A program made the translations under genes and the position numbers. The notes under the pieces were generated by a model. It did no database searches and was not told the origin of the DNA. It worked only from the letters and a program-made list of their open reading frames with translations. Below are positions 29,991 to 40,252 of a DNA stretch of 64,000 nucleotides, piece after piece. Source of the stretch: a virus. The stretch spans positions 22,324 to 86,323 of the IMG/VR virus record IMGVR_UViG_3300025703_000001. One strand, given 5' to 3'. Numbering within the stretch: the stretch's first letter is position 1; each line of letters opens with the position of its first letter.

Positions 29991-30701
29991 GTGGCCACCA
30001 GAAAACCACCGACAGCAGCCGAGGTCCGCAAGGCATTTCGTGCTGGCGTAGATGCAGCGGGACTACCACCAGAGGCCCGCAGACTTGCGCTAGAGGCATT
30101 TAATGAATCAATCCGGATGGGTGGCCCGCAGAAAAAGAACCGTAGACAAATCCAGAATGAGGCGCTAAACGCCGTGGACGAACTGATGGTGATCGTATCT
30201 GATCCGCTGTTTGAGGATTCGGTGAAGGGGATTATTCTTCGCAATGACTTCACCTCTGGTCAACTCTTTCGTGACCATGAATCTATTGAGGATATCATGG
30301 CGATCGGATTGAGCGCGTTGCCCCCCACGCAAGGCGACCCGACTGGCGAGGTTGCGATCTGGGCCGAGATGGGTGATCGCACCGGCGATACCATTCTGGA
30401 CATCTGCGAGAGCATGGCCCGTAATCTGGTGAGCGTCAAGCAATTGTTGAATCTTTCTAGCATCGATGTGCGCGAACGGGAGGAACGAACTATCCCACGA
30501 TGCCATGCGTGCGGTGATGAAATCCTGAATCAGAATGAGATGCGGGATGGCGGCTTCGACATTAAATGTGCGGTGCGACGTAAGCGATATAAGAACGCTC
30601 GGGACTACCGCGGCGACCGTGGAGTCTTCATCGCTTTCGTTAGAGCGGAGCGTGTAGCAAAGGCCGAAACTGACGATCTAGTCGAAACCGACGTTGTGTA
30701 G
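29991..30701 (+). CDS. Hypothetical protein with C-terminal Cys motif
   Basis: 236-aa ORF, CHACG...C. Confidence 0.65.
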   Translation: MATRKPPTAAEVRKAFRAGVDAAGLPPEARRLALEAFNESIRMGGPQKKNRRQIQNEALNAVDELMVIVSDPLFEDSVKGIILRNDFTSGQLFRDHESIEDIMAIGLSALPPTQGDPTGEVAIWAEMGDRTGDTILDICESMARNLVSVKQLLNLSSIDVREREERTIPRCHACGDEILNQNEMRDGGFDIKCAVRRKRYKNARDYRGDRGVFIAFVRAERVAKAETDDLVETDVV

Positions 30702-31090
30702 CATGACCTGCACTTTCGCAAATGTTACAAACCACATTGCTAGTATTACACTTGGCAGGTCTAATCAAAGAACAGCGGGCTTCTAGTGACGGTCAAAAAC
30801 CTATGCATTGGATGCCTTGACGACTTCGTTGAAGAATGGGCAGATCCGCCATATTGCTACACCTGCTACCTGAAACACGAGGAAGCGATTGAGCGTGCTG
30901 GCATCCACTACAGCAGCCGTCGCAATAATCAACCCGTAGATTGGTACGGCCCCAAATGGAATAACGGCACCGAGCCGAACACCATTGAGGCCGAAGAACT
31001 CCAGTACGGGTTTGGTGGCGAAGATGAGTACGGTCGCCCGGTTGAGATTCGATTCGATGATGGTAGTCCGATCCTCCTGGTTGGAGGAGA

Positions 31091-31477
31091 TTGAAGGTTG
31101 ACGTGGCCAAGCGTGATCTGACTCTGCTGGGAGCATTGTTTGTTACGCAGAAAATCACGCTAGACGAGGCCACTGCGCTTGCCGAGTATCTTCAGCACGT
31201 TGACGTCCAGTACAAGAATCACCCCGAGACGTTGGAAGTTGCCATTGATATGGCGCTCGGATTCTTTCGGGACGATCCAGACACCGAAGCCGCCAAGACG
31301 GCTGACAGCGTGCAAGCTGAGCATGACGAGGAAGCGTGTCCCGACTGCGGTGGGGAAATGATGGATTCCGTCGACATGGAACAGGCTGTCGATCTTTGGC
31401 TAGCCGTTCGCATGGTAGCCGACAAGTACGCGTTTGACCGTGAGGTTTCAGATCACGGCGAGCAAGAGGAATGCTGA
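31091..31477 (+). CDS. Hypothetical protein (CPDCG)
   Basis: GGAGG RBS, coupled. Confidence 0.55.
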   Translation: MKVDVAKRDLTLLGALFVTQKITLDEATALAEYLQHVDVQYKNHPETLEVAIDMALGFFRDDPDTEAAKTADSVQAEHDEEACPDCGGEMMDSVDMEQAVDLWLAVRMVADKYAFDREVSDHGEQEEC

Positions 31478-31862
31478 ACTGGTGTCGAGCGTGGCTATTG
31501 CTTGCCCGGTCTGCAATGCGGCGACCCAAGACCATTGTGAGTACCACGGATGTCACTGGCTCAGATGCACCGGTTGCCGACGATACGGAGATCCAACCAA
31601 GGTCGGACGATGGGTTAAACATGGCTGACGATGTCTTGATTGCGAGAAAGCGCGCCGCAGCCGAGGACGCCATACAGGATCTGATGAGATCCATGTACGG
31701 AACCCTTGTGACTGTTGACTGGCTGGTTTTGGCTGACAACGTGGTGAGCGTTGAAGACGAAGACACCCACGTCCTGCACCCAGCGTACTCCGCTGGCATG
31801 AGTTCGTGGAAAGCCAGCGGCATGGTTCTGACCGGCGTCAAATATTACACAGGTGGGATGTA

Positions 31863-32396
31863 GTGCCAATTCCGTGTGAATACTGCGGCGCTGAGTTCGT
31901 ACCAAAGAATTCGCGCAATAGATATTGCGCTGAGAGATGTCAGATTAAGGCTCGTCAGATTCGACAGCGAGAACGTTACGCCACTGACAGGGAATATCGT
32001 CAGATAATAATCGCTCGTGCCGATGAAAGGGTTCGGCGATTGATCCGGGAAGGTGATCCCGTTTTTCGGGAGCAAAGGGCGACGTGGCAACGGCTTGCAT
32101 ATCAAACGAACCCATCCAGACGCCAGTCCCGCCTAGAAGCTAATAAGTCTCGTAAGCGTGGGTTAGATCCCGCAGACAAGGACACGCTGGATTACATTGA
32201 GATCGTCAGGGGAGACCCCTGCTCTTACTGCGGCGGTGATGGTGGTTCGATGGATCATATTGACCCCGTGAATTCGGGTGGAGATCACCACTGGTCGAAT
32301 ATGACTGGCGCATGTCAGTCGTGCAACTCCAGCAAACGCGAAAGAGAAGATCTGCTTGTGTGGATGTTTGAACGCAAACAGATGGCTACGAACTGA
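31863..32396 (+). CDS. HNH endonuclease
   Basis: CSYCG...DHIDP...GG...N...AC..CN..K; N-terminal CEYCG...YC...C. Confidence 0.9.
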   Translation: MPIPCEYCGAEFVPKNSRNRYCAERCQIKARQIRQRERYATDREYRQIIIARADERVRRLIREGDPVFREQRATWQRLAYQTNPSRRQSRLEANKSRKRGLDPADKDTLDYIEIVRGDPCSYCGGDGGSMDHIDPVNSGGDHHWSNMTGACQSCNSSKREREDLLVWMFERKQMATN

Positions 32397-32433
32397 AGAC
32401 AATAACCGCTCCAAAATAAAGGGAGAGCAAAAT

Positions 32434-32622
32434 ATGAGCACCATCAAGGTTGCCCCTGGCAGCAAGATCCGCGTGAAGAGTTCGGGAGTTCTCGGCACCG
32501 TCATTGACTTGACGCCGCAGAAGACTCCCGGCAAGCGCGGTCGCCCGCCGACGATTGCGTCAGTGGTCCACGACGATGCCAGCGAAGCGACGTACGGAGT
32601 GCGCGAACTTCAGCTGGTTTGA
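32434..32622 (+). CDS. Small SH3/KOW-like protein with KRGRP AT-hook-like motif
   Basis: 62 aa; GGGAG RBS. Confidence 0.5.
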   Translation: MSTIKVAPGSKIRVKSSGVLGTVIDLTPQKTPGKRGRPPTIASVVHDDASEATYGVRELQLV

Positions 32623-32629
32623 CGAGCGG

Positions 32630-32665
32630 GGCGGTCGGGGTGCTTGGATAGCGGACCCGACCGCC
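32630..32665. terminator. Hairpin between convergent genes
   Basis: GGCGGTCGGG...CCCGACCGCC perfect 10-bp stem. Confidence 0.65.
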
Positions 32666-32674
32666 GCACTCGAT

Positions 32675-33052
32675 TTACGCAGCTACTTGCTGCAGTGTCG
32701 TTGCCGATTGCCACTGGCCACGCTCCACATTTTTGGCGTGCGAAGTCCGCTTGAGGGCAGATAGCGTACTCTGGATGTTGGCCCTTGCGTCGTGACGCCC
32801 ATGCTTGGCCATCTCGGCAGCGATGTCGTCAACGGTCACCGGTCCTGGTGCGTTGTCGAGAATCGTCTTGATCATCTGAGTCCGTGAGCCGTGAATCTGC
32901 GTGACTCGTGGCTGACGGGCATTGCTCAGGATCACGCCACTGATGGCATCCCTGGCGGCTACGAGGCCGTCAAGTTCCTTCCGTGTTGCGTTGATCGACC
33001 GATCCAACTGGCGAAGTATCGTCGTTGGAGAAGTCTTTGTGGGCTTTGCCAT
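32675..33052 (-). CDS. Coiled-coil + winged-helix-like protein
   Basis: I..IL..APGP.TV.DI...M...L..L...G.W pattern. Confidence 0.55.
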   Translation of the reverse strand: MAKPTKTSPTTILRQLDRSINATRKELDGLVAARDAISGVILSNARQPRVTQIHGSRTQMIKTILDNAPGPVTVDDIAAEMAKHGRHDARANIQSTLSALKRTSHAKNVERGQWQSATTLQQVAA

Positions 33053-33182
33053 TGCTTACCTTTCTCAGACGGGCGTTTCCCATCTGGACTGAACATTTTA
33101 CCTGCTCTGTCAATGGGTCAACCAAAAACGCAGGATTATTGTTCCCTGGTTGAAACTACAACGATGTCGTTAGGCACTAGGA

Positions 33183-33809
33183 ATGGCACGACACGGACCC
33201 GATAAGGACATATGTGGCGCCCAGCGTGCCAACCAGCCGGAGGGTGTCGTTTGCCAGAACGTCGCAGGTGAACGTACTGATCACCTCGGAATCGGCAGGT
33301 GCTACCGTCATGGTGGATCTACCGAATCGCACAACAAGGCGGCGCGGGTGGAAATCTTAGACCGTGATGCCCGCAAGTTGTTGGCGATAGAAGGCTTTGA
33401 GCCGATCGTTGATCCGTTCACCGAACTGTCTGAGCTGGCTGGTGAGGTCAAGAAGCTCAAGAATGTGTTGCGGGACAAGGTCGAGGAACTGACCAACCTG
33501 AAGGACGTTGGTGGCAAGAACGTCGCCACTCAGATCGACGTGCTGTTTCAAGCGTACGAACGGTCGATTGATCGCTGCGAGCGCATCCTGATGGGTATGG
33601 CGAGACTGGATCTTGAGGACCGCATCGCTCGGCTGCATGCCCGCATTGACTCAGACACCGCCGACCAGATCGTTAGCGCCATGACCGCATCGCTTGAAGG
33701 CGTGGACATTTCCGACGCTGTTCGTGAGGCGATTATCCTTGACTTTGGAACCCGACTTTCAGGTGGTCAGCAACCTGGTCGCCAGCAAGCTGTCGGCGCA
33801 ATCGGTTAG
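33183..33809 (+). CDS. terS: Terminase small subunit (probable)
   Basis: CGA...C...GRC.RHGG motif, directly upstream of terL. Confidence 0.7.
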   Translation: MARHGPDKDICGAQRANQPEGVVCQNVAGERTDHLGIGRCYRHGGSTESHNKAARVEILDRDARKLLAIEGFEPIVDPFTELSELAGEVKKLKNVLRDKVEELTNLKDVGGKNVATQIDVLFQAYERSIDRCERILMGMARLDLEDRIARLHARIDSDTADQIVSAMTASLEGVDISDAVREAIILDFGTRLSGGQQPGRQQAVGAIG

Positions 33810-35613
33810 AACTGACGACTACGCCACTCCTGGTGAACTTGCACTTGCGCTAGATCCGACCACGGTTCAGACTCCGGCGCTTGACATCATCGACGGCGCA
33901 TTAGTCGACGTCGAGAAGGCGCTAGACGCCACACTGAAACGCCAACGCCTGTTTGCCAAGTATCGCAACGCTGGCATGAACGAGTTTGAGGCCCGCGATT
34001 CCGCTGAGGCCGAAGTTCCGACGATTGGCACTGATCGCATGATCGTGTCGATGCCTCCGCAGGAGGGCAAGTCCGAGCGGTGCTCGCACTATGGCGTGCT
34101 GTGGATGCTGCGGCGTCATCCCGAGATGCGCTGCGCGATCGTTTCCTACGAAGAACGCATTGCACAGAACATGTCGTCAAAGCTCCGTAACGATCTGCTG
34201 ACGTTCGATGGCGCCGAGGGCAACATCGACCTCGGCATTGAGCTACGACGTGGCAACCGTGCCGTTGGATCGTGGTCGCTTGAAGGCGAGCGCGGTTCGA
34301 TTTACGCCATTGGTATCGGTGGCGCCCTGACGGGAAGGCCAGTTGATTTATTGGTCGTGGACGACCCCGTCAAAGACTACAAAGCTGCCGACAGCTCACT
34401 GCAATCCGACCAAGCGTGGATGTGGTGGATGTCGGTCGCTCGTGCGCGGTTGGCACCTGGCGCGCCGGTCATCGTGATCCTGACTCGTTGGCATGAAGCC
34501 GACATGGCCGGACGGTTGATCCAGAAGCAGCGCGAAGACGAGGCGTCAGAGCAGCAGTACTTCGACCGTTGGCGCGTTATTAACATCTCAGCTCAGGCCG
34601 AGTTTGACCCAGCGACACAGACCGATCCGCTTGGCCGACAGCCCGGCGAGTTCATGGACTCGGCTCGTGGTCGCACACGGGCGCAGTGGGAAGCGACCAA
34701 GGCATCACAGATCCCGCGCGTGTGGTCGGCGTTGTACCAGGGCAAGCCGTCGCCTGACAGTGGGGACGTGTTCCACCGTAACTGGTGGATGCGATTCGGT
34801 ACGCCGATCTGGAACCAGAATCCCGACGAGACGTTTACTGCGCATGATTGCACTGAGATCATACAGAGCTGGGATCTTGCTTTCAAAGATAACAACACGT
34901 CTGACTACGTTGTCGGCCAGGTCTGGGCGCGACGCGGTGCGAACACCTACCTGCTCGATCAGGTGCATGCACGACTGAGCTTTACCGATACCGTCGCCGC
35001 GATTCGTCGCATGTCTGAGCGTTGGCCGCAAGCAATCGTCAAGCTGATTGAGGACAAGGCGAACGGTCCAGCGGTGATCAATGCGCTACGATCTGAGGTC
35101 GGCGGCATCATTCCCGTTCAGGTCAAGGATTCTAAGAGCGCGCGTGCTGCTGCTGTGTCGCCATTCATTGAGTCCAACAACGTGTTCCTGCCGTCAACAG
35201 AGATAGCGCTGTATGACGTGGAAGCGTTTATCGAGGAAACGACTCAGTTCCCGAACGCTGCGCACGACGACCAAGTCGACGCCATGACGCAGGCGCTCAA
35301 TCGGTTTTACTTGCAAGGTTCCGGAGCGAAGGATTGGCTTGAGTCGCTTGCGCCGACCCATGACTGTGGCCAGCCGAACAGTAAGGGATCGACGCGCTGT
35401 AGTAAGTGCGGCGAGGAACTGAAGCCTGACGAGACGGTTGATGCTGAGCCTGAAGAGTTCTCGCTGACTAGCGGTATAAATGACCCGACCAAACCTAAGC
35501 CACCCGACGAACTGACTGGCTTCAACAAAACCGTGTCGGACGCCATCGCACAATACGGCCCGTCCGGTTCTGGCGGTTTCGATCCTTTCGCACGCAAGTC
35601 ATGGCAACGATAA
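33694..35613 (+). CDS. terL: Terminase large subunit (start uncertain)
   Basis: MPPQEGKS, DDPVK, TRWH..D, SWDLAFK, IEDKANG, HDDQVDA. Confidence 0.95.
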   Translation: MKAWTFPTLFVRRLSLTLEPDFQVVSNLVASKLSAQSVRTDDYATPGELALALDPTTVQTPALDIIDGALVDVEKALDATLKRQRLFAKYRNAGMNEFEARDSAEAEVPTIGTDRMIVSMPPQEGKSERCSHYGVLWMLRRHPEMRCAIVSYEERIAQNMSSKLRNDLLTFDGAEGNIDLGIELRRGNRAVGSWSLEGERGSIYAIGIGGALTGRPVDLLVVDDPVKDYKAADSSLQSDQAWMWWMSVARARLAPGAPVIVILTRWHEADMAGRLIQKQREDEASEQQYFDRWRVINISAQAEFDPATQTDPLGRQPGEFMDSARGRTRAQWEATKASQIPRVWSALYQGKPSPDSGDVFHRNWWMRFGTPIWNQNPDETFTAHDCTEIIQSWDLAFKDNNTSDYVVGQVWARRGANTYLLDQVHARLSFTDTVAAIRRMSERWPQAIVKLIEDKANGPAVINALRSEVGGIIPVQVKDSKSARAAAVSPFIESNNVFLPSTEIALYDVEAFIEETTQFPNAAHDDQVDAMTQALNRFYLQGSGAKDWLESLAPTHDCGQPNSKGSTRCSKCGEELKPDETVDAEPEEFSLTSGINDPTKPKPPDELTGFNKTVSDAIAQYGPSGSGGFDPFARKSWQR

Positions 35614-35626
35614 AGGAGATTCAGCG

Positions 35627-35890
35627 GTGACCGAGATGACGTTTGGTGCCGAAAACTGCAAAGGCGCTACGAGCGATCTGACCGGCAATCACTACACGGC
35701 AGACAGACGCGGCATGATTAACGTGACAGATTCGCGTGACGTGGCGTTCTTCAAGCGAAACGGCTTCAGCGTCGCTGGCGGCATGCCGCGCATGAGTAAG
35801 TTCTGGGTCTGCGATGACTGCTCGTGGGAAGCCACCGTCAACCACTGCCGCTACTGCGACTCGGAGAACTTGCGTAAAGTCGAAGCGTGA
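35627..35890 (+). CDS. Small Zn-ribbon protein
   Basis: CDDC...CRYC; AAGGAG RBS. Confidence 0.6.
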   Translation: MTEMTFGAENCKGATSDLTGNHYTADRRGMINVTDSRDVAFFKRNGFSVAGGMPRMSKFWVCDDCSWEATVNHCRYCDSENLRKVEA

Positions 35891-35893
35891 CAC

Positions 35894-36787
35894 ATGAGTA
35901 CGCTCGTTATCGGCGGCACAGGTTACATCGGTAGCGCCTTAGTCCACCATCTGCTAGTCACTGACCATTACGCGAAGGTCATTGATATCGGCATTCGTGG
36001 TAACCCTGGCAACATTCGCAGTCAGGCGATTGACTACGCCGATATGTCACAAGGTCTGATCCAGGCTTACGACGACATCATCCTGCTGGCGGCACACTCG
36101 TCGGTCCAATCCGCTACCGCCGATCCCGTCAGAGCGTTTCGCAACAACGTGGTGGCGTTTGAACGGTTGTTGCGCCATATGCGGCCAAGCCAACGGTTGA
36201 TCTACGCTAGTAGCTCTAGCATCTACTCCGGCGTTGGCGCAACGGCTGCGAGCGAAGACCTGAACGTCGGATCGAACTGGTATGACGCCAGCAAGCTGAT
36301 GGACGACATGATCGCCAGTCTGTCCGGCAAGCGCACGTACGGATTACGGTTTGGCACCGTTTGCGGCGTGTCGCCGAATCAACGCCTGGACATTATGTTG
36401 CCGAAGATGGTTGATACTGCCATCAACGACGGATATGTGCGAATCGCCAACCCCAAAATTCAACGTCCGATCCTCGGACTCAACGACCTCTGTCGGTCCA
36501 TTACTGCGATCCTCGATGGTGACGGCGAGCCTGGCATCTACAACCTCGCATCATTCAACGACCGCGTCGACCACCTTGGCGCAGTTGTTGCAGCCGCACT
36601 TGACGTGCCGCTCATTCTGGGCGAACCATCGCCTTGTTACGATTTCACTATTTCTTCAGCCAAGTTTGAGAACGAGTACAACTTCACGTTCTCTGAGACA
36701 GCCGAGTCGATAACGGAATCGTTGGTGAGTGCGTATGGTGGAGACCGAACAGTGCAAGCCGATGCGGCACTGTCTGGCGTGCGGTAG
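35894..36787 (+). CDS. NAD-dependent sugar epimerase/dehydratase
   Basis: GGTGYIG, YASSSS.Y, YDASK, LRFGTV.G. Confidence 0.92.
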   Translation: MSTLVIGGTGYIGSALVHHLLVTDHYAKVIDIGIRGNPGNIRSQAIDYADMSQGLIQAYDDIILLAAHSSVQSATADPVRAFRNNVVAFERLLRHMRPSQRLIYASSSSIYSGVGATAASEDLNVGSNWYDASKLMDDMIASLSGKRTYGLRFGTVCGVSPNQRLDIMLPKMVDTAINDGYVRIANPKIQRPILGLNDLCRSITAILDGDGEPGIYNLASFNDRVDHLGAVVAAALDVPLILGEPSPCYDFTISSAKFENEYNFTFSETAESITESLVSAYGGDRTVQADAALSGVR

Positions 36788-37952
36788 CGGACGGCTTGTC
36801 ACGTATTGCGATTTGGGCGAGCAGCCGCTTGCTAATTCGTATCATGACGGCACTGTTGATCTGCCGGAGTTCCCGCTTGCGATCAACGTCTGTGAGGTGT
36901 GTTGGCATAGTCAGCTCACGCATTCGGTTGCGCCGGAGCTACTGTTCAAGGATTACGCATACGTCAGCGGCACGACTGCAACGCTGTCAGATTACTTCGA
37001 CGGCTTCGTTCAGAAAGTCATTGACGAGTTCCCGTATCGTTGCTTGTCTGTCATGGATATAGCGGGGAACGACGGCAGTCTGCTGAGCAAGTTCGGAGCG
37101 AAGGGGCATGACGTTCTCAATGTTGACCCGGCCGCGAATCTAACGGCGATCTCTGAAGCGAACGGCGTGACAACGCTGTGCGAATTCTGGACGGTTGACA
37201 CGCCGAACATCATCGGCAAGAAGTACGATGCGCTGATTGCGATGAACGTTCTCGGGCACGTCAGTAACCCTCACGGATTTCTAATCGGCTGCCGAAATGC
37301 GCTGGCTGATGGTGGGCGTCTGTGGGTGCAGACGAGTCAGTGTCGATGGTTACAAAACGGCGAGTTTGATTGTGCATATATGGAACACGCGTCGTATTTT
37401 TCGGCGCTGTCGTTTCTGACGCTGGCTGCCAGATCGGGACTTACTGTTCTGTCGGTTGACATTCCTACGATCCATGGGAGCAGCTACCTGTGGAAGCTCG
37501 GCCTCGATGGCAATCCCGATCCAAGCGTTGACGCACTCTTGGACTACGAGAACGACTGCGGATTGTATGAGTCCGACACTTACGTTCACTTTGGTGCTAA
37601 AGCCGCAGCAACCGCAACGTGGTTGTATCAGGTAGTCGATGAGTACCGTGACGCTGGTTATTCGTGTGTTGGGTATGGGGCGGCGGCTAAGGCCATGACC
37701 ATGCTGAACTTCAGCCAGGTTAACCTTGACTGGATCGTGGACGACAATCCTATGAAGCAGGGATCGTTCACCCCTGGCGGCAATACTCCGATCGTGGGTG
37801 TTGATTTTCTGGAGCGTATCAAGACTCCGCTGTGCATCGTGATCACGGCATGGAACTTCAGTCGGGAAATCGTGCAGCGGATTCGTGCGGTGCGTCAGAA
37901 TGACGATGACGTTTTCGTGCGATATTTTCCTAATAGAGAGATATGGCAGTAA
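36735..37952 (+). CDS. NDP-hexose C-methyltransferase family
   Basis: C..C...LG.QPLAN, C..C...QL, NDG.LL, EH..YF, GYGAAAK, AWNF. Confidence 0.9.
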   Translation: MVETEQCKPMRHCLACGSGRLVTYCDLGEQPLANSYHDGTVDLPEFPLAINVCEVCWHSQLTHSVAPELLFKDYAYVSGTTATLSDYFDGFVQKVIDEFPYRCLSVMDIAGNDGSLLSKFGAKGHDVLNVDPAANLTAISEANGVTTLCEFWTVDTPNIIGKKYDALIAMNVLGHVSNPHGFLIGCRNALADGGRLWVQTSQCRWLQNGEFDCAYMEHASYFSALSFLTLAARSGLTVLSVDIPTIHGSSYLWKLGLDGNPDPSVDALLDYENDCGLYESDTYVHFGAKAAATATWLYQVVDEYRDAGYSCVGYGAAAKAMTMLNFSQVNLDWIVDDNPMKQGSFTPGGNTPIVGVDFLERIKTPLCIVITAWNFSREIVQRIRAVRQNDDDVFVRYFPNREIWQ

Positions 37953-38683
37953 CGCTCATCACCCACTGGTGGAACGAGCAGCTCCTCACACCGTTCTTTA
38001 TCAGGCACCATCTGCCGCTAGTGGACCATGCGATCGTCATTGACTACGCATCCACAGATCGCAGCATGGATATCGTTCGTGAGCTTGCGCCGGATTGGGA
38101 GATCCGCCAGTCACGCAATTCATGTTTCCGGGCGTCCGACTGCGACCAAGAGGTCATGGACATAGAGCGTGGCGTGTCGGGTTGGAAGATCGCACTAAAC
38201 GCAACCGAGTTTGTCTGTGGTGACGCGCGCCAAGCGTGCGACACGCTAGACGCCCAGGGCTACGCCGCTGCCGTCGTTCGTGGCGTCGCCATGGTGGACA
38301 TGCAAGAGCGTGTCAACCTTGACCACGATGCCGAGCTGACCGACCAGTGTTGGTACGGCTACACGGATGGACCGAGTATCGGTTATAAGAGTCGGTTACT
38401 CCATCGTCACGCTGACGGCAACTACGCCACTGGGCGTCACGAGACTTACCACAACGATGTGAAAGTCTACGCCGATGGGCTGCTGTGCAAGTGGTTTGGG
38501 TTTGCTCCGTGGTGCCAGCCATTGAGAGATCGCAAGCTCGCAATCCAACAGCAGATTCCGAACGACGATCGGATTGCTGGGCGTGGCTTTCAGCACCTGA
38601 TTGACGAAGCGCAGTTGAACAACATGTGGTCGCAAGAGAAAGCCTTTGCTGGCGACCTCCGCAACAACCCAGACTTCTTCTGA
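37943..38683 (+). CDS. GT-A fold glycosyltransferase
   Basis: NE...F.RHH, IDY.STD.S, GRH. Confidence 0.75.
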   Translation: MAVTLITHWWNEQLLTPFFIRHHLPLVDHAIVIDYASTDRSMDIVRELAPDWEIRQSRNSCFRASDCDQEVMDIERGVSGWKIALNATEFVCGDARQACDTLDAQGYAAAVVRGVAMVDMQERVNLDHDAELTDQCWYGYTDGPSIGYKSRLLHRHADGNYATGRHETYHNDVKVYADGLLCKWFGFAPWCQPLRDRKLAIQQQIPNDDRIAGRGFQHLIDEAQLNNMWSQEKAFAGDLRNNPDFF

Positions 38684-38705
38684 CCGCTCACAAAAAGGGA
38701 GCAGC

Positions 38706-39572
38706 GTGTCAACCATACTCCTGACCGGAGCGCGCGGGATGTTGGGTAGCGCCGTAGTGCCGTACTTGCAGAAATGCGGCCACGATGTCATCCCAACCGA
38801 CATCACAGAACTAGATGTGCGTGATTGTGCAGACGTTGCTAGCGGATTCAACGCTGCCCGTCCAGAGATCGTCCTGCACCTCGCAGCGGAAACGTCGCTG
38901 GAGAAGTGCGAGGAAGATCCTGACCACGCTTGGTTGACCAACGCTATCGGGACGAAGAACGTGGCGCTGGAGTGTCGGCGCCGTGGTGTGCCGATGGGAT
39001 ACATCTCGTCGGCCGGAATCTTCGACGGCGAGAGCGACGAACCGTACACGGAATTTGATACCCCATCACCGATCAACGTCTACGGTGCCAGCAAACTGCA
39101 AGGCGAGCACTACGTTCGGCAATGGGTCGATCAGCACATAATCATGAGGGCCGGATGGATGATGGGCGGCGGTCCACATCTCGACCACAAGTTCGTGCAC
39201 CACGTACTAACCCAGATCAACGAAGGCTGCGACACGATCGTGGCCGTCATTGACAAGGTGGGCAGCCCCACCTATGCGCCCGACTTCGCCGCCGTCATTG
39301 AACGACTGATCACGTCAGACGATTACGGCACTTACCATACGGTCAGCGAAGGCCAATGCACCCGCTATGACGTGGCACGCGCAATCCTTGAGATCCTTGG
39401 CCGTGACGATATTGCGCTGAAGCCTGCGAGTAGTCAGTTCTTTGCGACAACCTTCCATGCGCCGCGTCCTCCGAGTGAGGCGATGCGGAACTATGTGTTG
39501 GAACTCACGGGGCAAAATTCTATGCGGCCGTGGCGGGACGCATTGGAAGAGTACCTGAAGGACTGGGCGTGA
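38706..39572 (+). CDS. rmlD: dTDP-4-dehydrorhamnose reductase family
   Basis: TGARGMLG, P.NVYGASK..GE, GSPTY..D.A. Confidence 0.9.
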   Translation: MSTILLTGARGMLGSAVVPYLQKCGHDVIPTDITELDVRDCADVASGFNAARPEIVLHLAAETSLEKCEEDPDHAWLTNAIGTKNVALECRRRGVPMGYISSAGIFDGESDEPYTEFDTPSPINVYGASKLQGEHYVRQWVDQHIIMRAGWMMGGGPHLDHKFVHHVLTQINEGCDTIVAVIDKVGSPTYAPDFAAVIERLITSDDYGTYHTVSEGQCTRYDVARAILEILGRDDIALKPASSQFFATTFHAPRPPSEAMRNYVLELTGQNSMRPWRDALEEYLKDWA

Positions 39573-40252
39573 GAACCGCTTCGGTGGTCGTGCCCATCTG
39601 GGGCGACCCGGCGCTCACCGATCAATGCCTGACCGAACTGACACGCACGTCTCCAGAAGCCCGCGTGATTGTCGTGGATAACACGAACTCATACGTTGTG
39701 CCCGATGGTGCGCGTTGTGATCTGTTCCCGCAGTCAGTGAATATTGGGTGCGCTCCAGCCAAGGCGCTTGGTGCGTCACATGCCGATACTGACATTGTGA
39801 TCTTCATGGACTGCGACGCCTACCCGCATGACGGATGGCTGTCGCCGCTGCTAGACGTGTTTGATGACGAGACCGTTGGCATGGCTGGCCCTCGCATCCT
39901 GAACCGTGACGGTAGCATCCAAACCGCTTGCATCCGTACGTGGCATGGCATCGGTCACGCGGGCGGCGAGAACCGCAGCGATGAACACTTAGCGAACACC
40001 GAAGAACTCGGCGCTACGGGCGCGGCGATGGCAGTGCGGCGAACTGCGCTATTGCAATGTCCCATTGATATTGCTTTTCAGCGAACTTACGATGACGTGG
40101 ATTTGTCACTTCAGTTCCTTGAGGCTGGCTGGAAGATCGCCTACGTACCACAGAGCAACGTGACGCATGGCTCGGTTAGCACCGGACCCGAGCGTTGGGA
40201 AAACGTTCATGGCTACATCGCCCTGATGAACCAGAAATGGGGATCGCGGTGA
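39569..40252 (+). CDS. GT2 glycosyltransferase
   Basis: VVVP, VVDN, N.G, DCD, DVDL. Confidence 0.88.
   Translation: MRTASVVVPIWGDPALTDQCLTELTRTSPEARVIVVDNTNSYVVPDGARCDLFPQSVNIGCAPAKALGASHADTDIVIFMDCDAYPHDGWLSPLLDVFDDETVGMAGPRILNRDGSIQTACIRTWHGIGHAGGENRSDEHLANTEELGATGAAMAVRRTALLQCPIDIAFQRTYDDVDLSLQFLEAGWKIAYVPQSNVTHGSVSTGPERWENVHGYIALMNQKWGSR

Noticed and set aside
6517-30711. Scattered TGACCTGC/GCAGGTCA motif near some promoters
   Set aside because: Short, also inside coding regions; enrichment cannot be judged by eye
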